A stretch of 64,000 bases of DNA from IMG/VR virus record IMGVR_UViG_3300027896_000014, positions 1 to 64,000 of that record; one strand, written 5' to 3'. Position numbers and translations under genes: made by a program. Positions 49,401 through 58,876 of the stretch are shown here, piece by piece (the first letter of the stretch is position 1; each line of letters begins with the position of its first letter). The DNA is from a virus. The notes under the pieces were generated by a model. The model was not told where the DNA came from, searched no databases, and saw nothing but the letters and a program-made list of their open reading frames with translations.

Positions 49401-52400
49401 CCCGAAGATGTCAGGGTCCCAACAGAACTTACAGGACAGCAAAGAGAAACAATAGATAAGGGAGAGCGTTTTGGATACAATGTCGTTTTTTTTGATGGAA
49501 TCAATACGGCATCGAAGTATCACGGCATTTTTAATCCTGACCGTCTCGGAAGAATTTACATCAATACGAATGCTCCAAATGCCGACGTGGCGTTTCGCCA
49601 TGAAGTTATCCACAGCCAGTCTTTATTATACCCTGATGAGTATGCCGACCTTCGTGCTAAACTCAAAAACGAATTCAAGAACTTTGACCAATTTAGAAAA
49701 TCACTAAATGACCTGTATAGAGAGTCTGGTCTTTCGTTACCTAACCAGATTGAAATCGAAAATGAACTTATATCCCATTTAGCGATGGGAGAGAATTATG
49801 AGTATGTCAAAGATGCCGAAAAAATAAAAACCATAATAGATGAATTTCTTAACAAAACGAACATTTCAAGGGCAATCCTTGATTCAGAAAAGGGTGCAAT
49901 TGACCTTTCAGAACTTCGGCAAGCTATCGACAAGGCAATAACTTTCAAAAAAAATATCCATGAGGCCATGCCTCACATCGAAGAGTTGGGTCGCCATATC
50001 TACAATTCAGGTATGACAAAGTTTGAGCCCTGGCAAATCGCTATGAAACAGAAATTGGGAGACTTATGGGATTCAATAAAAGGATACGCAAAGGACATTT
50101 GGGAAAATATCGCAAGCCCTATAAAAGATGAGCGTGGTTCTTTCTCGTTCAAAAAACTTAAACCAGAGGAGGAAGTCGCAGAAGGGAAAAAGACCGGGAA
50201 TGAATTAGAAAAGGCTTACGAAAAATACAAGGATGTCTGGATCGGAAACAAAGATGTTCGTATTTTAAAGGCGAGAGTAGAATCCTCAAACCTTCAAAAA
50301 GACATCATGGAGGTGCTTGGAAAGAAAAAGTATGACCGAGAAGCCCAAGATATTGACAAGGCAATTCAGATTCACATTGATACAAAGAGAAACCCTGAAG
50401 ATGTCAAAAAATATTGGGACAAGTTAACGCCAGAGCAGAAAAGAATCATCACTCTCTCACAGAATCTTCCAAAAGAAGTTATGCCTATTGTCGAAGCAAT
50501 TGAGGGAGACTACAAAAAAATTGGATTGGAGGCTTTGGAAGAAGAAGTAATCAGAAATGTTCTTGATAACTACGCTGCCCGGACATGGGATTTTGGAGAA
50601 GGAAAGAAGGGAGCGGAAAATCTAAGAAAGTTCGGAACCAGAACCAGTCACGCACTACAAAGGAAATTTGCTACCATAATCGAAGGATGGGGGGAAGGGT
50701 TCAACCTTAAATATGAAGGAGCTACAACGAATCTTCGGATATTAAAAGAAGAGGTAGGAAAGACAATCGTTGATAAGAATTTTCTCGATGCCTCCAGCAA
50801 AATAAAGGATGCTGACGGCAGACCGCTTCTCTCTACTATTCATTTTGACGGATATGATCGTGTTGAACATCCTAATTTTAAGAAGTGGAAATGGGCAGGA
50901 AACATCGAAGAAGAGACTACCGAAAGAACAACTGAATCCAGAAAGATATTAAGAGAAACGATCAAGGAAGTAACAAAAAAAGAAGGGGAACCAACAACGG
51001 CTATCTCAAAAGTAGAAGAGAAGGCAAGAGAGGCATTGAGAGCAAGGGGATGGTCTGAAGGCGAGGCCGAACAGATATTAAATCGCATCAAACAGGCTCC
51101 ACCCGGGGATGTCAAAGAAAAGATTATTGAGAGGGAAATCGAAAAGACGATTCAGAAGGAAATTCTCTCAGAACTTAAAATAAGACAACAAGGTAAAAAT
51201 TTCTTCATAGATAAGAACGGTAATATTTTTGAGAGACGGGAAATTTATGCACCGCATGAGCAGGCTAAAAACCTGAACAATATACTTGGAGTTTCAAAAT
51301 TATACGGTATCCCAGGATTGGCAACCATTACTAAATACAATGCAATTTTTAAATCCTGGATATTGTTATCCAGCTTTTTTCATAATTTAGCCTTTAGTAG
51401 AAACTACTTTCTGGGAACGCCAGGGACATGGAAACATCCAAATATCAGAAATGCTTACCAAGATGGGAATAAGGCAATTCAGGCATTGGACCCCGATATT
51501 GTAAGAGGTGTAAAAAACGGATTAACCCTCGGTATCAAGCAGGATTGGGAAGAAGATTTGGTGCGACAAAGAACATTTATTGATAACGTCCTTGACAAAA
51601 CAAAACCCACGGCTACAGTCAGAAATTTCATAAAAGACTTGAGAGAACGACAAACAGATTTTCTTTTTGAAGTCATGGGGGCTGGTTTAAAGACAAAATC
51701 TTATCTTGATTCATATAGGAATATTTTGAGAAGAAATCCGAACATGGACCCGAATGAAGCGGCTAAGATAGCTGCCAAATTACAAAACGACAATTATGGC
51801 GGTTTACACTTACAAAGAAAGGGAAGAAATCCAACGCTTCAACATCTTTTTCGTTTATTTGCTCTGGCACCAGATTGGACCGAATCAAATATTGATCTTG
51901 TTGCCGGTGCGTTCAAAAAAGGTGGGGAAGGAACCCAAGGTCGAAAGGCTTATCAAAGGCTTGTTGGTGGATGGTATCTGAAAGCGTTAGGAGTTACGGC
52001 TCTTGCGAATTATCTTTTGGCCGGTGGTGACATTGACGAAATGATGAAAAATTACAAAATCGCTTGGTATCAAAATAATCTCAGATGGTTAAACATTGAT
52101 GTCACCCCGATTTATAAAGCTTTGGGAGGAAAAGGAGAACAACATAAGTATTTTCCGTTAATAGGCCACATGCTTGACCCCATCAGATTATTAGCTCATC
52201 CCGTTAAATTTGCTCAGAATAAAGGTAGTGTCATTTATCGAATTGCTCACGAAGCCTTAACGGGAACGGACTGGACCCATAGAGAGTTTACGAACTATGA
52301 AGAATTATTAACAACTGGAAAAACTGTTAAATTCGGCAAGGGACATCCTATTGAATGGAATCAATTTCCATCATTTGTTCTATCTCAGACGATAGGAACT

Positions 52401-52892
52401 GAACCAGTCCAAGTTCAAGAATTTATAAGATGGATGAATGGCGAAATAGAAGCCTTTGATGCCATAGGTCAATCCGTAGGAGCAGGCATTATTTCAACTT
52501 ATAGGATTCCTCAAAGTCGTTTTGAGAGATATGCCGCTGATATTCCTCATTTTGGAAAGGAACCAACTGAGAGAACAGAACTTAAAAGAAAACTCGGAGA
52601 ACAATTAAGACTTGAAGAACCGGAAGCCAAAGAAAGGATAAAAGAAGCCTATAGAGAGGAAAAGATTAGTGAACGGGACAAGGAAGATATGGAACGCCAT
52701 GCAAAGATGAGTTCTACGGCCAGGGCCGCCGAGCATATGACTGTCGATGAACTCGCAAAAGGGATTTCTAAAGGGCTAACAGAGGAAGAAAAACGAATCC
52801 TTAAACCCGTATTTAAAAAGCGTATAGACAATGCTAAAAACCTTGACAAAGAAACGAAACGAAGATATCGGGCAATGCAAAAAGAAATGTGA
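46473..52892 (+). CDS. Large multidomain internal virion (polyvalent-type) protein, 2139 aa
   Basis: Size and position; two HExxH motifs (HEIGH, HEVIH). Confidence 0.7.
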   Translation: MGVFDEFGTATEKEVKHEEKVPGSVFAEYGKPEGPSLFQRGKEAVRQLTQPIPPEAWGGEEKPAHPEWGTRADGTPKGPGFLGTLKRPDGKISTELSIGVEMDGKETEIPSLVPTLTKDEIDHLLSGEKPTKQIIDKATEHARKRISEGKSPFAQEGEQPKKEPPLQQPEFATGPAVPAPRALAPLPEPEPKGPLGRAARELRPAIQTVEDIASVYAPLEAAANLFSQTYGLAATGIAQLVGLPFGKSRELGEAVSKATIYEPKTEAGKRLTKTAEYPFELLDVAGEKAADITREITGSPALATGVGTAIKAAPLALGVRKTALSALKSVTDSTWYRSLAIPERSLVVQSLDDMISKGLSEGEILRRWNNPSWREEALARRMKGEAPPEAPAEAAPKPEVAVKPKPSPKVEEPAKIKPSETIKERVPIEEPTKEEVAREPMAVKPGEAEKPAPEAEHLRPAIIHNGKVSEGEVGGTHPDILEAQDISPEEPHERGFISPEGKFLSRTEAKDWVRENQPKVAEELQRQTGTGEELYSEHYREAAGIEPAKEEAKPLEPPKGWTTVVQPTWRKTPGWQAELDWKDKRIVFETEADAKNPDIINHEIGHIQLEDKLGDVQKLSDSSLLEEYAKVRNEPKDMHVNFIREHLAMDYGQYLTNPDEVKPELKTLFDKYFPKEVPDAVKERVEPTHDIGEYQRVSKGGIPGRPRAGRGDRILEGGEVPKEEEKKVKEPWEITQSEYLDDLFEGIQKPKELGVEKRRHKIAVNKALSEGKPVPPEVLADYPDLHKPALSPTAKDQYALTKESTRESPAEVKPGDWSKGESRPFAFDPNSTENEGRFRLYPPEDIKPNTYISQKAVRSRGIEPTEGVRFLLADAKAGGRVIQAIRFDKSIMPEEKAKDWWEENKGKFEFGGIKKEQEVKQPSFLSIKKEEITGKEAKDVTTSNSKEWSDLFLRKLSTGRSEVQGILKDRLGKGFNPEDVRVPTELTGQQRETIDKGERFGYNVVFFDGINTASKYHGIFNPDRLGRIYINTNAPNADVAFRHEVIHSQSLLYPDEYADLRAKLKNEFKNFDQFRKSLNDLYRESGLSLPNQIEIENELISHLAMGENYEYVKDAEKIKTIIDEFLNKTNISRAILDSEKGAIDLSELRQAIDKAITFKKNIHEAMPHIEELGRHIYNSGMTKFEPWQIAMKQKLGDLWDSIKGYAKDIWENIASPIKDERGSFSFKKLKPEEEVAEGKKTGNELEKAYEKYKDVWIGNKDVRILKARVESSNLQKDIMEVLGKKKYDREAQDIDKAIQIHIDTKRNPEDVKKYWDKLTPEQKRIITLSQNLPKEVMPIVEAIEGDYKKIGLEALEEEVIRNVLDNYAARTWDFGEGKKGAENLRKFGTRTSHALQRKFATIIEGWGEGFNLKYEGATTNLRILKEEVGKTIVDKNFLDASSKIKDADGRPLLSTIHFDGYDRVEHPNFKKWKWAGNIEEETTERTTESRKILRETIKEVTKKEGEPTTAISKVEEKAREALRARGWSEGEAEQILNRIKQAPPGDVKEKIIEREIEKTIQKEILSELKIRQQGKNFFIDKNGNIFERREIYAPHEQAKNLNNILGVSKLYGIPGLATITKYNAIFKSWILLSSFFHNLAFSRNYFLGTPGTWKHPNIRNAYQDGNKAIQALDPDIVRGVKNGLTLGIKQDWEEDLVRQRTFIDNVLDKTKPTATVRNFIKDLRERQTDFLFEVMGAGLKTKSYLDSYRNILRRNPNMDPNEAAKIAAKLQNDNYGGLHLQRKGRNPTLQHLFRLFALAPDWTESNIDLVAGAFKKGGEGTQGRKAYQRLVGGWYLKALGVTALANYLLAGGDIDEMMKNYKIAWYQNNLRWLNIDVTPIYKALGGKGEQHKYFPLIGHMLDPIRLLAHPVKFAQNKGSVIYRIAHEALTGTDWTHREFTNYEELLTTGKTVKFGKGHPIEWNQFPSFVLSQTIGTEPVQVQEFIRWMNGEIEAFDAIGQSVGAGIISTYRIPQSRFERYAADIPHFGKEPTERTELKRKLGEQLRLEEPEAKERIKEAYREEKISERDKEDMERHAKMSSTARAAEHMTVDELAKGISKGLTEEEKRILKPVFKKRIDNAKNLDKETKRRYRAMQKEM

Positions 52893-53161
52893 AGGAGGAG
52901 ACTATGAGCCGAGAGGAAGATTTGCACGAGGGTTATAAAATCTTTTTAGCAATCACCCAAGAGGATAGGGGGTTTGAAACGGCAGCCAAAGAATTACAGC
53001 GGAAAATTAATGAGGCTGAGAAAGAGTACGACATTGAATTTTTGAGTGGTCCCCATTTTCGGGACGATCCCGGAAGAAGTGGAGGCGGAGTTTCTTTCGC
53101 TGGTCAGGCTGGTGTACTGAAAAAGAAGGCTTTCTTTGGCACTAAACGCCCAGGTAAATAA
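52889..53161 (+). CDS. Hypothetical protein
   Basis: AGGAGG RBS before ATG 52904. Confidence 0.6.
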   Translation: MKEETMSREEDLHEGYKIFLAITQEDRGFETAAKELQRKINEAEKEYDIEFLSGPHFRDDPGRSGGGVSFAGQAGVLKKKAFFGTKRPGK

Positions 53162-53162
53162 T

Positions 53163-54422
53163 ATGGTAGACCTCTCAAAACTTAACGCTCTTGTGATCGG
53201 ATACGGAGTGTTCGAAGTCTTCATGGCTCAAAAACTGGCCGAAGAGTTCAAGACGGTCAGGCTTTATACGCCTTGCGAAGAGTCTTTCCCTCTTCTGGAA
53301 AAGCAAACTATTGGGGAAGGTGTGCCGGGTGTTACCAGGGTCGATAACTACGAAGACTACAAGGAAGATACCGACCTTTTTTGCTTTTTCGATTACGGTT
53401 TTGCCAGCAAGCAGGAAGAGCTTAGAAAGGCGGGGAAGCGTGTCTTCGGTGCAGGGAACAGCGAAATACTTGAGATGGATCGGATACTGTTTGCCAAGAC
53501 ATTAGCCAACGTTGGACTTCCCGTCTTCAAATATCGCGTCGTAAAAGGTGTGGATGCCCTGACGGATGTGCTGAAAAAGGAAAAAGATTTGTGGGTGAAA
53601 CTGCCAAACAAGGCAAGGGGAATCCGGGAAACCTTTCATCATTCGGAATGGAAAAACTCGATAACAAAGGTTGACGAACTTGCCCATAAGCTCGGTGGGT
53701 ATCGGGACAGCCTTCAGTTCATGGTAGTAGACCCGATACCGGGGATCGAAGCGGGATGTGAGAAGTTTCTCTCAAATGGAGATTACCCTGAGATAGCACT
53801 CTGGGGACCAGAACTCAAGGGAGCCGGATACATTGGAAAAGTAATGGCCATGGCTGACATGCCGAAGGCTCTCAAAAAAGTAGATGACGAAATGGCGAAA
53901 ATTTGGAAGAAGTATAAGGTCTGCGGCCACATTTCTTCTGAAGTCAGGGTAGGCAAAGACAGGAAACCTTATTTTACGGACCCCTGCCAGCGCTTCCCTT
54001 CGCCTCCTGGAGAAGCCGTCTGCGAGGCGTACAAGAACATCTCTCAACTCATCTGGCAAGTGGCAGGGGGAGAGCCTATAAAACCCGAACCCGCTGCTAA
54101 GTATGTAGCTGAGGTCTGTATCTACAGCCCGATAGGAAAAACAGAGTGGGTGCCTGTGAACTTCCCAGAGAAGGAATTTAAAAGGCTGAAATTCCGCCGA
54201 TTGTGTCGCATCGAAGGACAGTATTATTGCCTACCAGACAAGGATGCAGGCGATCGCATCGCTGCCTCCGTAGGTCTTGGCGAAACGAAAGAGGAAGCGG
54301 AGTTCGAGGCAATGGAAGGTTGTGAACAACTAAGGTCAGAGTCCAAAGATTACGACAAGGCAGTTTTTAAAGAGATCGATGAGGTAATGGAGGAGGCGGA
54401 ATCTTACGGGGTGACGTTCTGA
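53163..54422 (+). CDS. PurD-like ATP-grasp ligase
   Basis: VFGAG....LEMDR..F...L..VGLP, WVK, GIE, D...RF..P. Confidence 0.7.
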   Translation: MVDLSKLNALVIGYGVFEVFMAQKLAEEFKTVRLYTPCEESFPLLEKQTIGEGVPGVTRVDNYEDYKEDTDLFCFFDYGFASKQEELRKAGKRVFGAGNSEILEMDRILFAKTLANVGLPVFKYRVVKGVDALTDVLKKEKDLWVKLPNKARGIRETFHHSEWKNSITKVDELAHKLGGYRDSLQFMVVDPIPGIEAGCEKFLSNGDYPEIALWGPELKGAGYIGKVMAMADMPKALKKVDDEMAKIWKKYKVCGHISSEVRVGKDRKPYFTDPCQRFPSPPGEAVCEAYKNISQLIWQVAGGEPIKPEPAAKYVAEVCIYSPIGKTEWVPVNFPEKEFKRLKFRRLCRIEGQYYCLPDKDAGDRIAASVGLGETKEEAEFEAMEGCEQLRSESKDYDKAVFKEIDEVMEEAESYGVTF

Positions 54423-54565
54423 TGGCACAAACAACCATTCCGAGAAATGATCCAAAAGCGGTGAAGAAGTGGGCCGGCGATAGGGAACTTTCCTACGATG
54501 TGCTACGGCAAGCTCAAGAACATCCGCCCAAGAGAAAGAAATTTAAAAGGAGAAGAAAACCATGA
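54422..54565 (+). CDS. 47-aa peptide resembling the capsid protein N-terminus with a basic tail (not in ORF track)
   Basis: MAQTTIPRNDPKAVKKWAGDRELSYDVLRQAQEHPPKRKKFKRRRKP; TGATG and ATGA overlaps on both sides. Confidence 0.7.
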   Translation: MAQTTIPRNDPKAVKKWAGDRELSYDVLRQAQEHPPKRKKFKRRRKP

Positions 54566-55812
54566 AAAAGTTTTTGATTGCTCTATTGCTTATCTTGATT
54601 CTCGGTGCTGTTCAATATTCTCAAAGTCAAACTACGTATTATCAATCGATTCAGTTTAGGCGGGACACTGCTCAAAATTGGACGAACACAAATCCCGTAC
54701 CTCTTCAAGGGGAGCCTTGTTTTGAATGGGATTCAGGTCGCCTCAAGATTGGCGACGGTCTTTCTCACTGGACGGCACTCCCTTATCAGCCGCCCCCCGC
54801 CGCCTATCCGCCTATTTCATGGGGGCAAATCACGGGGTCAGTATCCAATCAAACAGATCTCTACAATAACTATCTTTCCACCTATGTTCCGATGAACAAT
54901 CCAACATTTACGGGGAAAGTTACGACGCAACCTTCTTCAACGTATAGTGCAGGTATAAGTATTCCCCAGGGGACCGCTCCTACTACTCCTTCAAATGGCG
55001 ATGTATGGACCACAGCGAATGGTCTATACGTTCAAATTAATGGAGTTACAATGGGTCCTTTTGCCATTGGACAACCGGTTAGCAATCCGTCCTGGTTTAA
55101 AAATTTGGTTATTAAAACACCAGCGACCACTCAGTTAACAGTCACCGCCGATGCCGTTGGTTTGCTCAATCCATCTAACAATGCCGCTACCACGATATTG
55201 GGCATCGCTGTAAGTATAACCATTACAAATGTTGGGCCGAACGGACTTGACACAGGAACTCTTTCGGCTTCATCGTGGTATAGTGTGTGGGTAATTTATA
55301 ATCCAACAACCCAAACCGCCGCAGGCTTGATCTCTATTAACACCGGATCTCCAAACCTACCGATTGGGTATACTTATTGTGCAAGGCTTGGTTGGGTTAG
55401 AACCAGTGCAAGTAGCACTTTGGTTCCGACCACCCAATATGGCCGCAGAGTTCAATACGTCAATGGCGGGTCAGGTCTTCCCCTGATGGATAGCGGGCTT
55501 AAAGGAAGTATAACCACTCCTACGTGGGTAGCCGTAGCCACAGGAACTTTTGTCCCTCCCACCGCTTATCGGATTACTGTTTTACCTTACGAGTATGCTG
55601 GTTGGGGCATTGCCGTGTGTCCGAATAGTAGTTATGGTGCATATACCAGTACGACAAATCCACCTTTTGCCGTTATAGACTGGCCAAGCATTAGTGCTGT
55701 TAATGCCGCCGGAACGCCCATAGAAATGACTCTTGAAAGCTCGAATATTTATTGGGCAAGCGGAACGGCTACAAGTTACCTTTATTGTATCGGTTTTGAG
55801 GACAATCTTTAA
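54562..55812 (+). CDS. Fibre-like protein with Mtd/hyaluronidase-type N-terminal domain and signal peptide
   Basis: IQFRRDTA.NW...NP....GE..FE.D..RLKIGDG...W..LPY. Confidence 0.8.
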   Translation: MKKFLIALLLILILGAVQYSQSQTTYYQSIQFRRDTAQNWTNTNPVPLQGEPCFEWDSGRLKIGDGLSHWTALPYQPPPAAYPPISWGQITGSVSNQTDLYNNYLSTYVPMNNPTFTGKVTTQPSSTYSAGISIPQGTAPTTPSNGDVWTTANGLYVQINGVTMGPFAIGQPVSNPSWFKNLVIKTPATTQLTVTADAVGLLNPSNNAATTILGIAVSITITNVGPNGLDTGTLSASSWYSVWVIYNPTTQTAAGLISINTGSPNLPIGYTYCARLGWVRTSASSTLVPTTQYGRRVQYVNGGSGLPLMDSGLKGSITTPTWVAVATGTFVPPTAYRITVLPYEYAGWGIAVCPNSSYGAYTSTTNPPFAVIDWPSISAVNAAGTPIEMTLESSNIYWASGTATSYLYCIGFEDNL

Positions 55813-55824
55813 AAGGAGGAAATC

Positions 55825-56151
55825 ATGAAAAAATTCTTACTGGTCTTAATTTTGGTTTTGGGCTTTTCTCTTTCGGCTTTTGCGGCCAAGGAAAGTGTCA
55901 CCTGAGACAACACATCCGGCGGAGTTCCGCTGACAGTCACCACTTATGGAGCTGCGCAAACTGCCTTTATAAGCGTAGAACAGGCTGAGATAAGGTTCAC
56001 CCTCGATGGGAGTGATCCCTCTGTGAATGGGCATCTTCTTGAGCCTGGTATGTGGCTTTCTCTTACCAAGGCCGAACAGATTTGGGGTTTTAGGTGCAAC
56101 CGTACCGGAGGGGCGAGTGGCATCATTAAGTCAGAATATTTTAAAAACTAA
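55825..56151 (+). CDS. Secreted 108-aa beta protein with in-frame UGA at codon 27 (candidate selenoprotein, or pseudogene)
   Basis: AAGGAGG RBS, signal peptide, TGA 55903-55905, 81 further sense codons, hairpin 55917-55932. Confidence 0.6.
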
Positions 56152-56175
56152 AACTTTTTAAAGGAGGGAATAGTT

Positions 56176-56931
56176 ATGAAAAAGAAATTGATTGCTGTTT
56201 TACTTGGAGCGCTTTTCCTTGGGGTCCTTGCTTCCCCATGCTTCTCTCAAAGCATCGGCGGATTTGGAATGGTGCCCGTCACGGGTAGATTGCTCAAAGT
56301 AACGGTTCTGACTTCTGGCACCAGCTTTGTCGCCCAGACCTGGACTACCCAACTCGTCGTTGAAGTTGTGGCTGCTGGCGGTGGTGGCGGTGGTGTTAGC
56401 GGGACTGCTTCAAACGCAGCATGCGGAGGCGGCGGCGGTTCCGGTGGGTATGCCCTTAAATATTTTACAGGAGTAAGCGGGGGCGCAACCTATACCTATG
56501 CAATTGGAGCTGGAGGTACGGCTGGGGCGAACACGGGAGGCACAGGGGGGACAGGAGGCAATACGACCTTCACGGGACCTGGTGCAGTTCTTATCACAGC
56601 CAATGGAGGGCTTGGCGGAGTTGGCATAGTCTACAATACTACGGCTGCGGTCGTCGCTGGTGGAGCAGGCGGAGCGGTAAGCACAAACGGAGACCTCAAT
56701 GCTGGTGGCACGGGCGGAGAATTCGCCAAGCGTGATTCTGGAACTTTGGCCGTCAGTGGCGGCGGAGCGGCAAGCATCTTCGGAGGCGGTGGAGTTGGGT
56801 TGACCGCACAGGGGAACGGAACTAATGCGACCGGATATGGAGCCGGTGCTGGTGGGGCTTTGTCCACTGCTGCTGCCTATACTGGTGGAGTCGGAGCTGG
56901 TGGCGTAATAATCGTCTGGGAATTTTCATAA
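56176..56931 (+). CDS. Glycine-rich fibre-tip-like protein with signal peptide
   Basis: VEVVAAGGGGGG, GGGGGSGGY, IGAGG, GVIIVWEF. Confidence 0.8.
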   Translation: MKKKLIAVLLGALFLGVLASPCFSQSIGGFGMVPVTGRLLKVTVLTSGTSFVAQTWTTQLVVEVVAAGGGGGGVSGTASNAACGGGGGSGGYALKYFTGVSGGATYTYAIGAGGTAGANTGGTGGTGGNTTFTGPGAVLITANGGLGGVGIVYNTTAAVVAGGAGGAVSTNGDLNAGGTGGEFAKRDSGTLAVSGGGAASIFGGGGVGLTAQGNGTNATGYGAGAGGALSTAAAYTGGVGAGGVIIVWEFS

Positions 56932-56943
56932 TAGAGGAGAACT

Positions 56944-57207
56944 GTGATGCCCTCAATGATTGATCAAAGAGATTTTGAGAAAATAAGTGACCCGAACACA
57001 AAGTTAAATATTCTTTTTGATTACACAGCTAATGTCTATACTCTTCTTTGTAAAAAAGATATTGACTGCGAGAATAGATTAATGAGTTGCAATGGAAGGT
57101 TTAAAACTCTGGAAAATAGAAAGAAGCTCGATATGACTGTGAGCGGGGTATTTGGATTAATCGGAGGTTTCATTTCGGGATTGGCAAAAACGGTATTTCG
57201 CTTTTAA
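56944..57207 (+). CDS. Holin-like membrane protein
   Basis: Coiled coil plus C-terminal TM helix, before endolysin candidate. Confidence 0.5.
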   Translation: MMPSMIDQRDFEKISDPNTKLNILFDYTANVYTLLCKKDIDCENRLMSCNGRFKTLENRKKLDMTVSGVFGLIGGFISGLAKTVFRF

Positions 57208-57223
57208 AGATGGACAAGAAATA

Positions 57224-57616
57224 ATGGACCTTCAACTTGTAAGAAAACAAAAGACCGCTCAATCAACGATGGGTGATCTTGCCGTTAACACCCTTCATGA
57301 ATGCTTTACCTTTGAGCCTCCTAAACCCATCCCTGCTGGTATTTATTTGATAGAATTTTATATGTCCCCTGAACATGACTATTTAGTCCCTCTATTGAAG
57401 GACGTTCCAGGTCACACCTACATAGAGATTCATGTCGGGAATTTCCCGAAGGATACCAAAGACTGTATTCTTGTAGGTCAGAATCGCTCTCCCGATGAGG
57501 TAGGGAATTCCTTACAGGCTTTTATCCATCTTATGCTCAAGCACTTAATTCCCGCAGTTTGGTTTAGGAAAGAACTTTTGAGGATTATTATCACGGAGGA
57601 CTTTCAGGAGAATTAA
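57224..57616 (+). CDS. DUF5675-family protein (candidate endolysin)
   Basis: T.G.L, IPAG.Y, L.DVPG...I.IH.GN...DT..CILVG. Confidence 0.8.
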   Translation: MDLQLVRKQKTAQSTMGDLAVNTLHECFTFEPPKPIPAGIYLIEFYMSPEHDYLVPLLKDVPGHTYIEIHVGNFPKDTKDCILVGQNRSPDEVGNSLQAFIHLMLKHLIPAVWFRKELLRIIITEDFQEN

Positions 57617-57975
57617 GATGATAATTTTTTTCTGGAGAAAACTATTTCAAATCTTAGAGGACATCCAAAGAAAGGAGGTGATTATAATGGGTGCATTAGA
57701 AGATCTACAGGCAAAGGTACAGGCTCTCAAGGACTTGGTTGCGACTATTAACACTTCTGTTACAGGAGAGATCGCAAGGGTTGAGGCGATTATTCTTAAT
57801 CTCCAGACAGGAAGTGTTTCTGCCGCAGATGTAGAAAAGGCCGCCACCGATCTTCAGGGTGTGGTCGATAACCTGAAGACGGTTGGAACGACACTGGATG
57901 CGGAAAGACCCTAATAACCTTTTCCCCGATTCCCCAGCGGGTAGTCTGGGGAAAAACTTATAGGAGGTGAGTTAA

Positions 57976-58158
57976 ATGTTAGGAAAAAACTGGAAGACTT
58001 CTTTGTTTGGTTTGTTAGGCGCCGTTTGCATCGCCATCTATCCAATCCTTCAGTCGGGCAAGGTTGACCCTCACGCATTGATCATGGCGATAGCGGTTGC
58101 GGTAATAGGTTTTCTTGCAAAGGACTTCAATGTGACTGGAGGGACAATAAGGCAGTAA
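57976..58158 (+). CDS. Two-TM holin-like protein
   Basis: KNWKTSLFG, two hydrophobic helices, AKD..VTGG. Confidence 0.65.
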   Translation: MLGKNWKTSLFGLLGAVCIAIYPILQSGKVDPHALIMAIAVAVIGFLAKDFNVTGGTIRQ

Positions 58159-58171
58159 AGAGAGGAGTAAA

Positions 58172-58342
58172 ATGTATTGTCCATGCGGAAAGGAACTTAC
58201 CTTAACATCATTGAATCCATGGGTGACTTTTACAACAGATAATTGGGGTAAAATCATATCTGGTACTTGAATCCACGGAAAATATTTCCCTCCAGTTAAG
58301 GAGGATAAACCATTTCAGGATTATTTTAAGGAGGTAAGATAA
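58172..58342 (+). CDS. 56-aa zinc-ribbon-like peptide with in-frame UGA at codon 33 (candidate selenoprotein, or pseudogene)
   Basis: GAGGAG RBS; MYCPCG...SGT*IHGKY...; TAA ends 1 nt before the next ATG. Confidence 0.55.
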
Positions 58343-58343
58343 A

Positions 58344-58787
58344 ATGAAAAAGCTTATCATATTATCATTTCTTTTTCTGTTTCTAATGGGTTGCGCAACA
58401 TATCAGACCGCTATTACCAAGATCACGGTAATGGATCAGCAAAATGCTGCCACGACCCGAATTGCGGCCAAAGAGATTGCTTCGACATGGCCTCTCAATT
58501 CAAGCGCCCTCACTGTCGTGCTTAAAAAGTTCACTACATTGCTGCCCTGTGCTTGCAGTGATGATATCAAGACTTTGGACAGCATCGCAGCCAAATGCGT
58601 CAAAAAGGATGCGAATGGGCTTCCCACCTGTGAGGAGCTTACGGACCAGGACATGGGCCAAGTAGTTGTCCTGTGGGGATGGGTATGGGGTAGCATCGTA
58701 AAAAGCGGAGCCGATCAGATTATGCAGACCTTCTTCCCAGCGGTGTTAGCTAAGATCCTCCCTTACGTAACTGCGTTGGGTTTATAG
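58344..58787 (+). CDS. Lipoprotein
   Basis: Lipobox LMGC after a hydrophobic signal. Confidence 0.75.
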   Translation: MKKLIILSFLFLFLMGCATYQTAITKITVMDQQNAATTRIAAKEIASTWPLNSSALTVVLKKFTTLLPCACSDDIKTLDSIAAKCVKKDANGLPTCEELTDQDMGQVVVLWGWVWGSIVKSGADQIMQTFFPAVLAKILPYVTALGL

Positions 58788-58876
58788 GCAGAACTACGTA
58801 ACTCATTGATTCATGGTGCATGGTTTGATATTGGCGGGAGTGAGAAGTCTTGTTGTAGAGCATCCTGAAGAGGTAT

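Noticed and set aside
18129-53687. Numerous minus-strand ORFs in the late region (e.g. 30355-30993, 48807-49613)
   Set aside because: They are shadows of long plus-strand genes, with no RBS or recognisable motifs.
37023-56931. Diversity-generating retroelement acting on the Mtd-like or long fibre
   Set aside because: No reverse transcriptase, and the repeats are identical or generally diverged rather than adenine-specific.
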